In this document: positions 52,200-61,539 of the stretch, piece by piece
Layout of the letters: each line of letters opens with the position of its first letter
Numbering within the stretch: the stretch's first letter is position 1
Source: an uncultured Candidatus Binatia bacterium
Lineage (GTDB): Bacteria; Desulfobacterota; Binatia; Bin18
Length of the DNA: 64,000 bases
Assembly (NCBI GenBank): GCA_965203745.1
Contig: CBDBDK010000001.1
Span: 1,955,328 to 2,019,327 of the forward strand
Reading direction: 5' to 3'
The notes under the pieces: model-generated
What the model saw: the letters and a program-made list of their open reading frames with translations, nothing else
What the model was told of the DNA's origin: nothing
Database searches by the model: none
Translations under genes and position numbers: made by a program

Positions 52200-53828
52200 A
52201 TGCACGGTAAACGCGGGTTCCGACCTGTAGTCAGTAGCGTCTTGGGTGGACTGTTACTCCTGGCGGTCTCGGCCAATATTTCTCCCTGTTACGGCTATTT
52301 CATGGACAAGCAGGTTGATAAGATCGTGAATGCCTGGTCACGCTTCGATCGTTTTCTGTCCACCTTTGATCCGGCCGGCCGCTACGTCCGCCAGCCCGTT
52401 GAACGGCAGGTCCCGGCCCTGACGTTCCGGGGCTTTCTCCGCCAGTGGTCCGATATCCAACTCTCGGGCGACCGCCGCGTCGGTAATCGACAGAAAGATT
52501 TCCGTTTTTCCCAGATGCAGAATCTGTTGGAATTGGAACTCCACTACCAAGTCTCACCCAATATCGAAATCACCAATATCAATAACTTCGTGTACGACAG
52601 CGTGTACAACTGGCAGGATTCTGCCGGTCTGTTTGCCCCCCGGACGAGCGAAAGCTTCCGCGCCTATCATAACTTCGAGCGTATCGTGCGCGAGTTATAT
52701 ATCAGCTATCGCACCCATAACCTCGACGTAGTCCTGGGCAAGCAGCAAATCGCCTGGGGCAAAATGGACGGCCAGTTTATTGACGTCATCAACGGCATGG
52801 ATAGACGCGAGTCCGTCCAGCTTGAGGCGAGCGACTACGAGTGGCGCCGGCTGCCGGCCTGGATGGCAAACGTGACCTATTTCTTTGGGGCAAATTCTCT
52901 CAACTTCCTGTGGATTCCGAACTTTGAGCAGGACCGCAATCCGGTTCCCGGCTCGCCGTGGTACTCGCCTCTGATTCCGCCTAGGGATACGGACACGAAA
53001 GCGATCCTGGACGGCCGGCAAGACGCGACCGGGGATCAGTTCAGAGAGACGAAGCGGCCGTCTACGGGCGACTTCGGGGACCATCAATACGGCCTGCGGC
53101 TTGATGTGTCCATGGAACCCCTCACCTGGGGTCTCATCTATTATTACGCCTGGAATAAAAACCCAACGTCCTTCATTGTTGACCGCGATATTGATGCTGC
53201 CGGAGACCCCTATCTGATCTTTCAGCCGCGTTTTACCCGCTTGCACCATCTGGGTATCACCGCCGACTATGCTTCCGCCCTCTCGAACATGCCGCTTGTC
53301 GGCGAACTGCCGATTGTGCTGCGGGTTGAGGGTTTGTGGACCAAAGACGTTCCCTTCGCCGACTTTGACCATCAGGATCGCGCACGGGACGGATATCTCA
53401 ACTCTGGGATCATTCGGCGTGACACCTTGCGGGCCGCGATTGCGCTGGAGTTCGCCTTTCCCGGTAATACCTCCGCGATTATACAGCCTTCCCTGTTGTA
53501 TACCTTTGACTGGCGTCGCAATCTCGGCGGTGGCTTTGGCGGAGGAATCGGAGATGAAATGAGCCTCCTTCCGGTTATGTTTATTGGACGTCCGTTTCGC
53601 TTCACCCGTGACCGTTTGCGCTTGGAGTTGACCGTCGTTCCAGTGATCAGTCTGCCGCAGAAGAAGTGGCAGGGCATAAAAACGAAATTTGTTTCGAGCT
53701 ATCGCTTTTCCCAATTTGTTACCGGTCGCCTCATTTATACGGCGTTCAGTAGCGGTGACCGGACTGACCTGTACGGTCAATATAATAAATGGGACAATAT
53801 CGGCTGGGAACTGAGCTACGAGTTCTGA
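52200..53828 (+). CDS. putative outer-membrane protein, DUF1302-like (signal peptide, C-terminal aromatic residue)
   Basis: 542 aa, signal peptide, a beta-rich low-hydrophobicity body, and the C-terminus ...WELSYEF (terminal Phe, an OMP signature). The family assignment is from memory of DUF1302/DUF1329 pairing. Confidence 0.5.
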   Translation: MHGKRGFRPVVSSVLGGLLLLAVSANISPCYGYFMDKQVDKIVNAWSRFDRFLSTFDPAGRYVRQPVERQVPALTFRGFLRQWSDIQLSGDRRVGNRQKDFRFSQMQNLLELELHYQVSPNIEITNINNFVYDSVYNWQDSAGLFAPRTSESFRAYHNFERIVRELYISYRTHNLDVVLGKQQIAWGKMDGQFIDVINGMDRRESVQLEASDYEWRRLPAWMANVTYFFGANSLNFLWIPNFEQDRNPVPGSPWYSPLIPPRDTDTKAILDGRQDATGDQFRETKRPSTGDFGDHQYGLRLDVSMEPLTWGLIYYYAWNKNPTSFIVDRDIDAAGDPYLIFQPRFTRLHHLGITADYASALSNMPLVGELPIVLRVEGLWTKDVPFADFDHQDRARDGYLNSGIIRRDTLRAAIALEFAFPGNTSAIIQPSLLYTFDWRRNLGGGFGGGIGDEMSLLPVMFIGRPFRFTRDRLRLELTVVPVISLPQKKWQGIKTKFVSSYRFSQFVTGRLIYTAFSSGDRTDLYGQYNKWDNIGWELSYEF

Positions 53829-53834
53829 CCGATT

Positions 53835-55187
53835 ATGAACGGGCGCTTTTTTTTCCTGACGATCTGGGCCTTGCTGTCCAGTCTGGCGTTCCCGGTCGCC
53901 GGGGCTGCCGAGCAGAACGGCGGTCCGCGCAAGACCTGGAAGACAGTAGAAGAACTGTCCGAGGCGGAAAAATCGCGCATTGATTTCCGGGTCGATACTC
54001 CCCGAGATGCCACGCTTCCGTATCTCCCGGCAGAGGCCTATCCCTTTCAGCCGCCCTATACCGCGGAAGAGATGGGCTATCGGGCCATGGAATTCCCCCA
54101 CATCGCCCGCTGGTCGCACGCCATGGCCGATGTGTTCGGTGCCATTACCAGCAACGGCTTCCTCGATGAAGGCATCACGTTGGCCTATAGCCACTATATG
54201 CCGGACGAGTATGGGGTGGCCGGCCAGCTCAGCGTGAGGCCGGGGGACGCCTATTTTCGAATGGTCTTCTTCTATACCTATCCGCCCGAGAACCAGGGTC
54301 TTCAGGACCTGTGGATCTTGAGACGGACGGACCAGGAGGAAACGACCAAACTGGACAATTTCATCTACAGTCCAAACCTGCGCCGCGTGCGCCGCCAGCC
54401 TCAGCCCCGCCGGGACGCGCGCTTCCCCAATAATGTCCAGACCTTTGACGATGTGGTAGGCCGCGACGCCTGGGAATTCTCGTGGCGCCTGCTGGGCACG
54501 GATGTGCTGTACGAGACGGTGCGTTTTCCCACCACCCGCCCAACGGTCACCCTGGCCAAGCCCGACGGGAGTTTTTATACGGTCCCGTCGGACCAGATTA
54601 AAATGCTGGGCGACACCTATTCGCACTATACGGCGGACGGCGGCGTGGCCTGTTATGTGGTTGAGGCGACTCGGCGGGAAGACTGGCTGCCCCATTACCG
54701 TATGAGCCGGTTGATATACTGGTTCGATCAGCACGGCTTCTATCCGCTGCGTATCGAGCAGTACGACAATGATAATCAACTGCGGATGATTGAGGTCCGA
54801 AACGCCTCTCTGGCCAACCCGGCCCTGGAAGAACGCGGCTATGCCGGCTTATTCACGCTCTATTACGATCTCGCCCTCGACCTGATGAGCTATAGCGCCC
54901 ACGACGCCCACTGGGTGAAGGAGTGGGCTCCAGAAGACCGAGAGACGATGTTTGAGCCCGACTTCATGCGTCGCAGTTGGCTCAAGTATCCACTCAAATC
55001 CCAGTCCCTGGTGTATTCTCCGGAGAAATTCTTCCTCCGCCCACACCTGTATCCAGATAAGTTTCCGCAAGACCGAAACGTTACTATCCCCACAGAGCTA
55101 GCCCAGCGCTACCGTTTGCAAGAAGAAGCCGGACATCTCGTCTTCGACAGTTCCTCTCCGCTCATTGAGGTCAAGGCGCCAGAGTAA
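53835..55187 (+). CDS. DUF1329-like periplasmic/OM-associated protein, paralog 1
   Basis: 450 aa with a signal peptide. Strongly similar to the next ORF (RKTWKTVEELSEAEKSRIDFRVDTPRDATLPYLPAEAYPFQPPYTAEEMGYRAMEFPH). Confidence 0.5.
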   Translation: MNGRFFFLTIWALLSSLAFPVAGAAEQNGGPRKTWKTVEELSEAEKSRIDFRVDTPRDATLPYLPAEAYPFQPPYTAEEMGYRAMEFPHIARWSHAMADVFGAITSNGFLDEGITLAYSHYMPDEYGVAGQLSVRPGDAYFRMVFFYTYPPENQGLQDLWILRRTDQEETTKLDNFIYSPNLRRVRRQPQPRRDARFPNNVQTFDDVVGRDAWEFSWRLLGTDVLYETVRFPTTRPTVTLAKPDGSFYTVPSDQIKMLGDTYSHYTADGGVACYVVEATRREDWLPHYRMSRLIYWFDQHGFYPLRIEQYDNDNQLRMIEVRNASLANPALEERGYAGLFTLYYDLALDLMSYSAHDAHWVKEWAPEDRETMFEPDFMRRSWLKYPLKSQSLVYSPEKFFLRPHLYPDKFPQDRNVTIPTELAQRYRLQEEAGHLVFDSSSPLIEVKAPE

Positions 55188-55195
55188 GGACCTCT

Positions 55196-56542
55196 ATGGC
55201 TCTCCGCGCGCAACAGTTCTTGTGGCTCGTTGTTTTCTGCCTGCTGTCTTCCGGTAGCATAGGGGTCGCGATTGTGGCGGCAGACCAAAGCAGTCTGATC
55301 TCACGGAAAACCTGGAAAACGGTTGCCGAGCTCACGGCCGAAGAAAAGAATGCGCTGGACCTCCGTAGTGATACGCCGCGGGATGCAAACGTCCCCTATC
55401 TGCCGGCCGAGTCCTTTCCGTTTCAACTCCCTTATACGGCTGAAGAAATGGCACTGCGAGCCATGGAGTTCCCACACTCGCCATTCTGGGACTGTGTCCT
55501 GATCGATATGGCTTTCTCGGTGACGAACTCGGGATTTATGGATCAGCGTGTGACGCTTATTCCCATCCTGTATTTTCCCGAGAATGGGTTCGGAGAACAT
55601 CTGTATGCCGCCCAGCCCGGCCAGGAAATCTATCGCTGGCTCTCCCAAAGCGTCTCTCCACCCGAACGGTATGGGAATCAGACCTTATGGATAGGCTATC
55701 GGACGGATCAAACGTTCCGGACGAAAATAGACATGTTTGCCTATTCCCCATCGCTCCGGCGAATCCGTCGTCAGCCCCAACCGCGCCGGGAAGACCGCTT
55801 ACCCAATAGCGCGGCAACGTTCGATAATTTGATCGGACGGGACGCCTGGGAATTCTCGTGGCGCATTCTCGGGACGGATATTTTGTATCAGACGGTGCGT
55901 TTTCCCAAGACGCGCCAAACCGCCGTGCTGACCGACGAAAACGGGCGGTATGTTGAGGTTGCCGCCAAAGACCTCTCCCTCATGGGTAAAGAATATCCGC
56001 TCTATACCGCAGACGGTGGAGTCAAATGCTTTGTGCTTGAAGCCATACCAAAGGCCGAATGGCTACGTGACTACTACGCCCATAAGCTGATTTACTGGGT
56101 TGACCAATATGCATTCTTTCCCTTGCGGATGGAAGAATATGACCGACAGGGGCAGTTGAGTTTTGTGAATACCCGGATTGCGACCCTGGCCAATCCAGAA
56201 CTTCAGGAACATGGCTATGCGGTCCAGTTTGACCTGTGGTGGGACGTGTCTATTGATTTCCTGTCCGCTTCGATCCACGGTTTTGTCCCGCAAACTTGGT
56301 CAGAGGAAGACAAAAAGATCTTCTTCAGCTCTGGATTTATGCGCCGCGAATGGTTCCTGGTGCCGCCCAAGGGTTTGATGAGTCTCAACTCGCCGGACGA
56401 ATTCTATCTGCGACCTCCACTCGAAGAGGAAAAATTCCCGGCCTCGCGCTCTATCGATTTGCCACCTGAAGTGCGGGCCTTGATTGAGGCCCAGGAGCGC
56501 GAGGGCAAGCTGGTATTCGAGGAAGGGCGGGGAGACGGCTAA
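55196..56542 (+). CDS. DUF1329-like periplasmic/OM-associated protein, paralog 2
   Basis: 448 aa with a signal peptide. Co-linear paralog of the previous ORF (RKTWKTVAELTAEEKNALDLRSDTPRDANVPYLPAESFPFQLPYTAEEMALRAMEFPH). Confidence 0.5.
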   Translation: MALRAQQFLWLVVFCLLSSGSIGVAIVAADQSSLISRKTWKTVAELTAEEKNALDLRSDTPRDANVPYLPAESFPFQLPYTAEEMALRAMEFPHSPFWDCVLIDMAFSVTNSGFMDQRVTLIPILYFPENGFGEHLYAAQPGQEIYRWLSQSVSPPERYGNQTLWIGYRTDQTFRTKIDMFAYSPSLRRIRRQPQPRREDRLPNSAATFDNLIGRDAWEFSWRILGTDILYQTVRFPKTRQTAVLTDENGRYVEVAAKDLSLMGKEYPLYTADGGVKCFVLEAIPKAEWLRDYYAHKLIYWVDQYAFFPLRMEEYDRQGQLSFVNTRIATLANPELQEHGYAVQFDLWWDVSIDFLSASIHGFVPQTWSEEDKKIFFSSGFMRREWFLVPPKGLMSLNSPDEFYLRPPLEEEKFPASRSIDLPPEVRALIEAQEREGKLVFEEGRGDG

Positions 56543-56563
56543 TGCCGACCTCCGCCGTGCGCC

Positions 56564-57679
56564 TTACTGCGTCTCGTGCGTGGCCTGCCAGGCGCGGCCC
56601 ATCGAGTCCGCGGCCAGAATGGCGTCGGCAACCATGTCGGGCTGCACGTCAAACGGCTCGTTATGGATGGTTTCGCCTTCGGCGGTCGCCCGCGTTGCTA
56701 CTTGTTCAAGCACGTCCTCAGGGAGCTCGGTGAGCCCGATCTCGGTCAGGGTGATAGGCAGGCCGACCGCGGATGAAAACTCCAGCACCGGATCGATAAC
56801 CGAGCGTGGCTGCCCTTCGAGCACCAACTGGGCCATCAGGCCGTAGGCGACTTTTTCCCCGTGATAATACGGGTGGGTGAGCGGGGCTGCGGTGAGGCCA
56901 TTGTGAATGGCATGGGCTGCGGCAAGACCCGAGGACTCGAAGCCTAAACCCGACAGCAGGGTGTTGGCTTCGACCACCCGCTCCAGGGCAGGATTGACAA
57001 CATTTCGTTCCACGGCCCGTTTGGCATCCGGGCCGTCTTCAACCAGGATATTGCAGCACAGCTCTGCCAGCTTTTCGGCGCTGCGCGTTGAGGCTCCACC
57101 ACGCATATTCTGGACGTGGCCGGCAACACAGGTTTTAGCCTCGAACCACGTAGCCAGCGCATCTCCCATCCCTGCCACAAGCAGTCTGGCCGGAGCTTGG
57201 GCGACGACATAGGTGTCCACAACAACCAAATCAGGGTTTTTTCGATAAAAGCGATATTCCTGGAACACTCCCTCGGGGGTATAGATCACCGACAGCGCGC
57301 TGCACGGTGCGTCGCTTGAAGCAATGCTTGGACAGTTAACGACGGGAAGGTCGAGGTCGTCCGCCGCTGCACGGGCCGCATCCAATACCTTACCGCCGCC
57401 CGCTCCAATAATAACCTGAGCCTTATTCTCCCGTGCTGTTTCTTTGATACGTTGGATTTCGGGATAGGAGCATTCCCCTCCGAACTGGTGGACGACGTGG
57501 GTGATGCCGGCATCGTTCAAATGTTTCTGCCAGACTTCTGAGAGCAGCCGAATGGCACTTTTCCCGGCAACGATACAGGCAGGCCCCTGTAGACCGATGC
57601 GCTGCATTTCCGTTCCTAGGGCTGCGGTGGCGTGTTTCCCCTGTACATAGTGGCTTGGGGCTGAAAAAACTGAGAGCAT
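56564..57679 (-). CDS. iron-containing alcohol dehydrogenase family (glycerol dehydrogenase GldA-like)
   Basis: GGGKVLD (GGGS-type) NAD motif and the metal-ligand region of group III ADH/GldA. 371 aa. Confidence 0.8.
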   Translation of the reverse strand: MLSVFSAPSHYVQGKHATAALGTEMQRIGLQGPACIVAGKSAIRLLSEVWQKHLNDAGITHVVHQFGGECSYPEIQRIKETARENKAQVIIGAGGGKVLDAARAAADDLDLPVVNCPSIASSDAPCSALSVIYTPEGVFQEYRFYRKNPDLVVVDTYVVAQAPARLLVAGMGDALATWFEAKTCVAGHVQNMRGGASTRSAEKLAELCCNILVEDGPDAKRAVERNVVNPALERVVEANTLLSGLGFESSGLAAAHAIHNGLTAAPLTHPYYHGEKVAYGLMAQLVLEGQPRSVIDPVLEFSSAVGLPITLTEIGLTELPEDVLEQVATRATAEGETIHNEPFDVQPDMVADAILAADSMGRAWQATHETQ

Positions 57680-57839
57680 ACATCCCTCCTTACCAAGTGC
57701 TGTTCCCGCAGATAGAGCAGGGTGAGAGCTTTTGCAGTATAAACTGAGACGTGTTGACGCGGCAAGCAGGAGAGGGCCAGTGGGACAAGCGGAAGACGCT
57801 ACGGTTCGGCAGAGAACGCTGCTTCTCTCAATCTCATCC

Positions 57840-57862
57840 GATATATCAGGTTCGGATATATC
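57840..57862. repeat. two copies of the palindrome GATATATC 15 bp apart, upstream of an extended -10 (TGCTATAAT 57882-57890)
   Basis: GATATATC at 57840-57847 and 57855-57862. TATAAT at 57885-57890 lies 7 nt before the ATG at 57898. Confidence 0.5.
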
Positions 57863-57897
57863 TTCCCGCTTTTGGTTCGAGTGCTATAATTGCCGCC

Positions 57898-59847
57898 ATG
57901 GCACGTACCCCTAGCGACCTTCCCGAAAATAAGGACGAAAGGGAAATTTTCTATCTACTGAAAGGGCGCTTGGACGACGAGTGGGTCTTCTGGCATGAAC
58001 CGGACCTGAAACGCTCCTACGACGACTCCAATCCCTATCGCCCGGACTTCATCCTGCTGCATCCCAGACGCGGGCTGTTTGTGCTGGAGGTCAAAGGATG
58101 GAATGCCTCCAGTATCCTGGACGTCAAGAAGAAGCAGCCTGATGACTTCGATAAAGGCAAGCAGATCGACAAGGTGCTGTACAAATTCGGCACCGGCGAC
58201 GAATGGGTTACCGCCCCTTTTGACCAGTTGAGGAATTACACCAGTTGGGTCAGGAATAGGTTGAAAGAACTGCCCCAGGTTAGCGGCAAGAAGGCCAACA
58301 AGCTGTTCAAGGGGGCGGTGTGTTTCGTACGGATTGCCAAAGACGATATCAGCGCAGGCGACCTTCTCAACTCCCATCTGGGTGAGTTACGCAAGGGCGT
58401 CCTGACCGGTAAGAGGAAGAGCGAGCAGGGATACTACGAGGGGGATTACCGACGCTGGAGAGCGCATCCCAACGAACTGCAACAAAGTCTTGCTGCCTCG
58501 CCGGATGAAGACCTACAACTCGATAAAATCTACGTCCAGATTCGGCAGATCATCCATCCAGAGTCCGTCATATCGATATTCTCTCCATCAGAGGCCGACA
58601 AGACAGACTCCAGCGAGCAGCGCCCGGAACCGGCAAGCTGTGTAGAGACGGATACCGAACCCCTCCCATGCATTCTTGACCTAGACCAGGAAGAAGTAGC
58701 CAAGGGGCACATCGGTCGAGGGCATCGTATTCTTTTCGGCGTCGCCGGTTCCGGTAAGACCGTAATCCTGATCGCCCGCGCCCGTTATCAGGCAATGCGT
58801 CACCCGGAACAGCAAATCCTTGTGCTGTGCTATAACAGGACGCTTTTCTGCTACATTGACGATGTCCTGAAGGCTCACCCGAACATTGACGTAAACACTT
58901 TTCATTCTTGGGCTCAGTCCGAATTCTCGAACTATTGGGACTTCACCGAAGACGAACGCGACAAGAATCTGCTGATACATCTGGAGCGGAAAGGGGTCAA
59001 GAAACAGTACGACTGTATCCTGATCGATGAATCCCAGGACTGGGATATCGCTTGGTTCAAGGCGATTCTGCATGCGGCCAAAGATGCGGAGGAGGGGGAT
59101 ATGCTGATCGTCGGCGATGGCAGCCAGTCCATCTACGCCAGGCAGCAGGGCTTTACCTGGAAGGCTTGTGGCATCAAGGCCAGGGGGCGGGTGATCAATC
59201 GTCGAGGCGGCAAAGTCGATACCTTCAGGAACTATCGTAACACGCCCGAAATCGTCGCACTGGCCACTTCCTTCGCCCAAGGTCTCATCTCGCAAAAGAA
59301 CACTACCTCCGAGGACGGTATGATGTCCCTATTGCCCGAGGCGAAGGACTGCGGCAAGCGGCCGAGCCACATTCTGCCGGTTATCTGCCGAGCCAAGAGC
59401 GAAGGGACCGAACTGGCCCTCGTCCATAAAGAAATACGGCACCTCCTAGAAAAGAAGCTGGTGACCCGACGCAGTGACATCGCCGTCATTTACCCTCGTG
59501 GTGACCGTGGGAAACGGCAGGACACACTGCGTAAGTTGACCAACGACCTGAACCGGCTTTACCGGACGGACTGGATCAGAGGAGGCCGGGTGAGGAATCA
59601 AGATAAAATACTAGTTGACACCATCAAAATATCCAATGTCTATCAAATCAAGGGACTGGAGTTTAAGGTGTGCTTCGTGGTCTTGGCAAACGATTTCTAC
59701 GACGAAGAGGGAGAACTTCTGTATGTGGCCTTGACCCGAGCCCAGGAGCGTCTCTACGTGACCCATCATAGGGACACGTTCCTGACTGGGAAACTGACTT
59801 CCGATATGACCCTCTATACGGATCAATTTCTTTTCTCTATGGCTTGA
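57898..59847 (+). CDS. NERD-domain (PD-(D/E)xK nuclease) / UvrD-like SF1 helicase fusion protein (Nhi-like candidate defence protein)
   Basis: NERD motif RPDFILLHPRRGLFVLEVKGW at the N-terminus. SF1 motifs follow: I GVAGSGKT, II IDESQD, III VGDGSQSIY, V KGLEFKVCFVV, VI VALTRAQERLYV. Confidence 0.75.
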   Translation: MARTPSDLPENKDEREIFYLLKGRLDDEWVFWHEPDLKRSYDDSNPYRPDFILLHPRRGLFVLEVKGWNASSILDVKKKQPDDFDKGKQIDKVLYKFGTGDEWVTAPFDQLRNYTSWVRNRLKELPQVSGKKANKLFKGAVCFVRIAKDDISAGDLLNSHLGELRKGVLTGKRKSEQGYYEGDYRRWRAHPNELQQSLAASPDEDLQLDKIYVQIRQIIHPESVISIFSPSEADKTDSSEQRPEPASCVETDTEPLPCILDLDQEEVAKGHIGRGHRILFGVAGSGKTVILIARARYQAMRHPEQQILVLCYNRTLFCYIDDVLKAHPNIDVNTFHSWAQSEFSNYWDFTEDERDKNLLIHLERKGVKKQYDCILIDESQDWDIAWFKAILHAAKDAEEGDMLIVGDGSQSIYARQQGFTWKACGIKARGRVINRRGGKVDTFRNYRNTPEIVALATSFAQGLISQKNTTSEDGMMSLLPEAKDCGKRPSHILPVICRAKSEGTELALVHKEIRHLLEKKLVTRRSDIAVIYPRGDRGKRQDTLRKLTNDLNRLYRTDWIRGGRVRNQDKILVDTIKISNVYQIKGLEFKVCFVVLANDFYDEEGELLYVALTRAQERLYVTHHRDTFLTGKLTSDMTLYTDQFLFSMA

Positions 59848-59974
59848 GATTGAATAGCAGCCCGCACTCGCTTCAGTGTGGACTCCCGATCTCCGTCCTC
59901 AATGGTCGGAAGCCGCGAGAGAAAGAGGGGGCAGGGGTCAGGGTGGAGAGACCCTAGCTTGCGTGCACTATACT

Positions 59975-60826
59975 ATGCGTCGGTTCCAAGGCTATGTGCT
60001 TTGTGGTGTTGTCCTGACTCTCTGGGCCGCAGGGTGTTCTGAATGGCCGGGTGAACCACCGAAGTTGAGCCAGCACGAATATAGCCATGTCCTCAGCACT
60101 GGGCCGTGCCCGCTCGGTGAGCGGAGCGGTCCGGGAGGTATGAGCGACGACGAGCAGACTGAACACGGGATTAAATATACGGTTCGGACGCCCGCCAACT
60201 ACAATCTAGGCATTCTTCACCCGCTCCTCATGGTCTATGCCCCTGCCGGCTCCAGTCGTTTTCGATCCGAGCATCTGACCGACCTGACTTTTGCGGCAAC
60301 GACGGCTGGCTTTGTCGTTGCCTATGCTGACTCACGCCGCCTTTCGCTCGAAGTCATTCTCGAACTCGGGACGATCCCGCGGCTTATTGCCAAAAAATGG
60401 TGCGTTGATGAGCGGCGGGTCTACCTGACCGGCCATTCTGACGGCGGAACAGTGGCCCTCGCTCTGGCCCTGTTGGACGAGACCCGCCACATCCCGGCTG
60501 CGGTGGCGCCAAGTGCCGCCGGGTTCAGGCGGGCCGACCTCGAAACCTTCTCGTGTCCCGAAACATTGTCTGCTCTGATTATGCACAGTGCCAACGACCA
60601 TCTTTTCCCCGGCTACGGGGCCGAGACGGCTTCTTGGTTGGCTGCGTGTAATCAGTGTCAGGCCGGTTTGATTGAGAAAGATAAAAATGGCTGTGGGGCC
60701 TACTCGGGATGCACAGCGCAAGGCAAAACTCTATACTGCGAAGGAACTGGTACCCATCGGCAGTGGCCTCCGCTCAATACGGCCCTCCTGTCGTTTTTTA
60801 TCGATATTGACCGCTCCCTTCACTAA
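59975..60826 (+). CDS. putative esterase, PHB-depolymerase (LpqC-like) alpha/beta-hydrolase family, lipoprotein-type signal
   Basis: The signal ends LWAAGC. Nucleophile elbow LTGHSDGG. ~280 aa. Confidence 0.5.
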   Translation: MRRFQGYVLCGVVLTLWAAGCSEWPGEPPKLSQHEYSHVLSTGPCPLGERSGPGGMSDDEQTEHGIKYTVRTPANYNLGILHPLLMVYAPAGSSRFRSEHLTDLTFAATTAGFVVAYADSRRLSLEVILELGTIPRLIAKKWCVDERRVYLTGHSDGGTVALALALLDETRHIPAAVAPSAAGFRRADLETFSCPETLSALIMHSANDHLFPGYGAETASWLAACNQCQAGLIEKDKNGCGAYSGCTAQGKTLYCEGTGTHRQWPPLNTALLSFFIDIDRSLH

Positions 60827-60916
60827 GTCGAGTTCCCACCCTGGAGTTGTCCCCACTCCCTCATCCTGCTATCTCAGGGCCTTTGGTCAATACTGAAATT
60901 CTGTAAGAACTGACCG

Positions 60917-61489
60917 ATGAGACGAGCCCGCCGAATCTCCTCTCTTCTCGCTGTTGTAGCGACGCTTTGCCTAGTGCTTCCCGTGTCATCCTGGGCACAT
61001 CGGGACAGAGGTCCCGGAGACCCATGCCGACGGGAGGTCGGGGCTTCGCTCTTGCATATTACGTTTTATCAAACGCAATTTGACCCGGTCACGGAGTATT
61101 GTGAAGAAATCCCGCGTGTGGGGAACGCCTTCCTGGTCGTGGACGTGACGCCCGATCTGTGGGAAATGCCGTTCGGTGTTGAACTCGTTGCTGCAGATGA
61201 ATCCGGACAGTCGAGTACGATCCTGTCCCTGCCTTTCCAAGTATATGAACGTGGCGTGGCCAACACTGAGGTTGTCGTGAAAGCGGGACTGCGCTACGAA
61301 GTGCGTGTCCTACTCGGGCTTGCGGAGGAACGCGAACCGCGCAAATTTTCATTTCCCTTTCAGGTTGCCGCATGGTATAAGGCCTTAGTCGGACCGGCGC
61401 TGATTGCCCTCGGGGTGGTTATCGTTCTTGCAGTCTCGGTGATTCGTTATAGGCTCACTGATCAGAGTAGAGAAGAACTGGCGAAATAA
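60917..61489 (+). CDS. hypothetical secreted protein with C-terminal TM anchor, immediately upstream of CuMMO operon (PmoD/CopC-like candidate)
   Basis: Signal peptide ends SSWA|H, so mature residue 1 would be His. Cys/His/Met-containing periplasmic domain. C-terminal helix ALVGPALIALGVVIVLAVSVI. Confidence 0.4.
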   Translation: MRRARRISSLLAVVATLCLVLPVSSWAHRDRGPGDPCRREVGASLLHITFYQTQFDPVTEYCEEIPRVGNAFLVVDVTPDLWEMPFGVELVAADESGQSSTILSLPFQVYERGVANTEVVVKAGLRYEVRVLLGLAEEREPRKFSFPFQVAAWYKALVGPALIALGVVIVLAVSVIRYRLTDQSREELAK

Positions 61490-61539
61490 AGAGAGAGAGT
61501 ATACAGTAGCATCGTTATTACTATCGAGGAGGGATAAGC

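Noticed and set aside
52695-54779. 694-aa ORF on the minus strand spanning the DUF1302/DUF1329 genes
   Set aside because: - Antisense to two well-formed plus-strand genes that have signal peptides and paralog support.
- The translation is low-complexity and Arg/Gly/Pro-rich.
- It is a typical stop-codon-poor antisense frame of GC-rich DNA.
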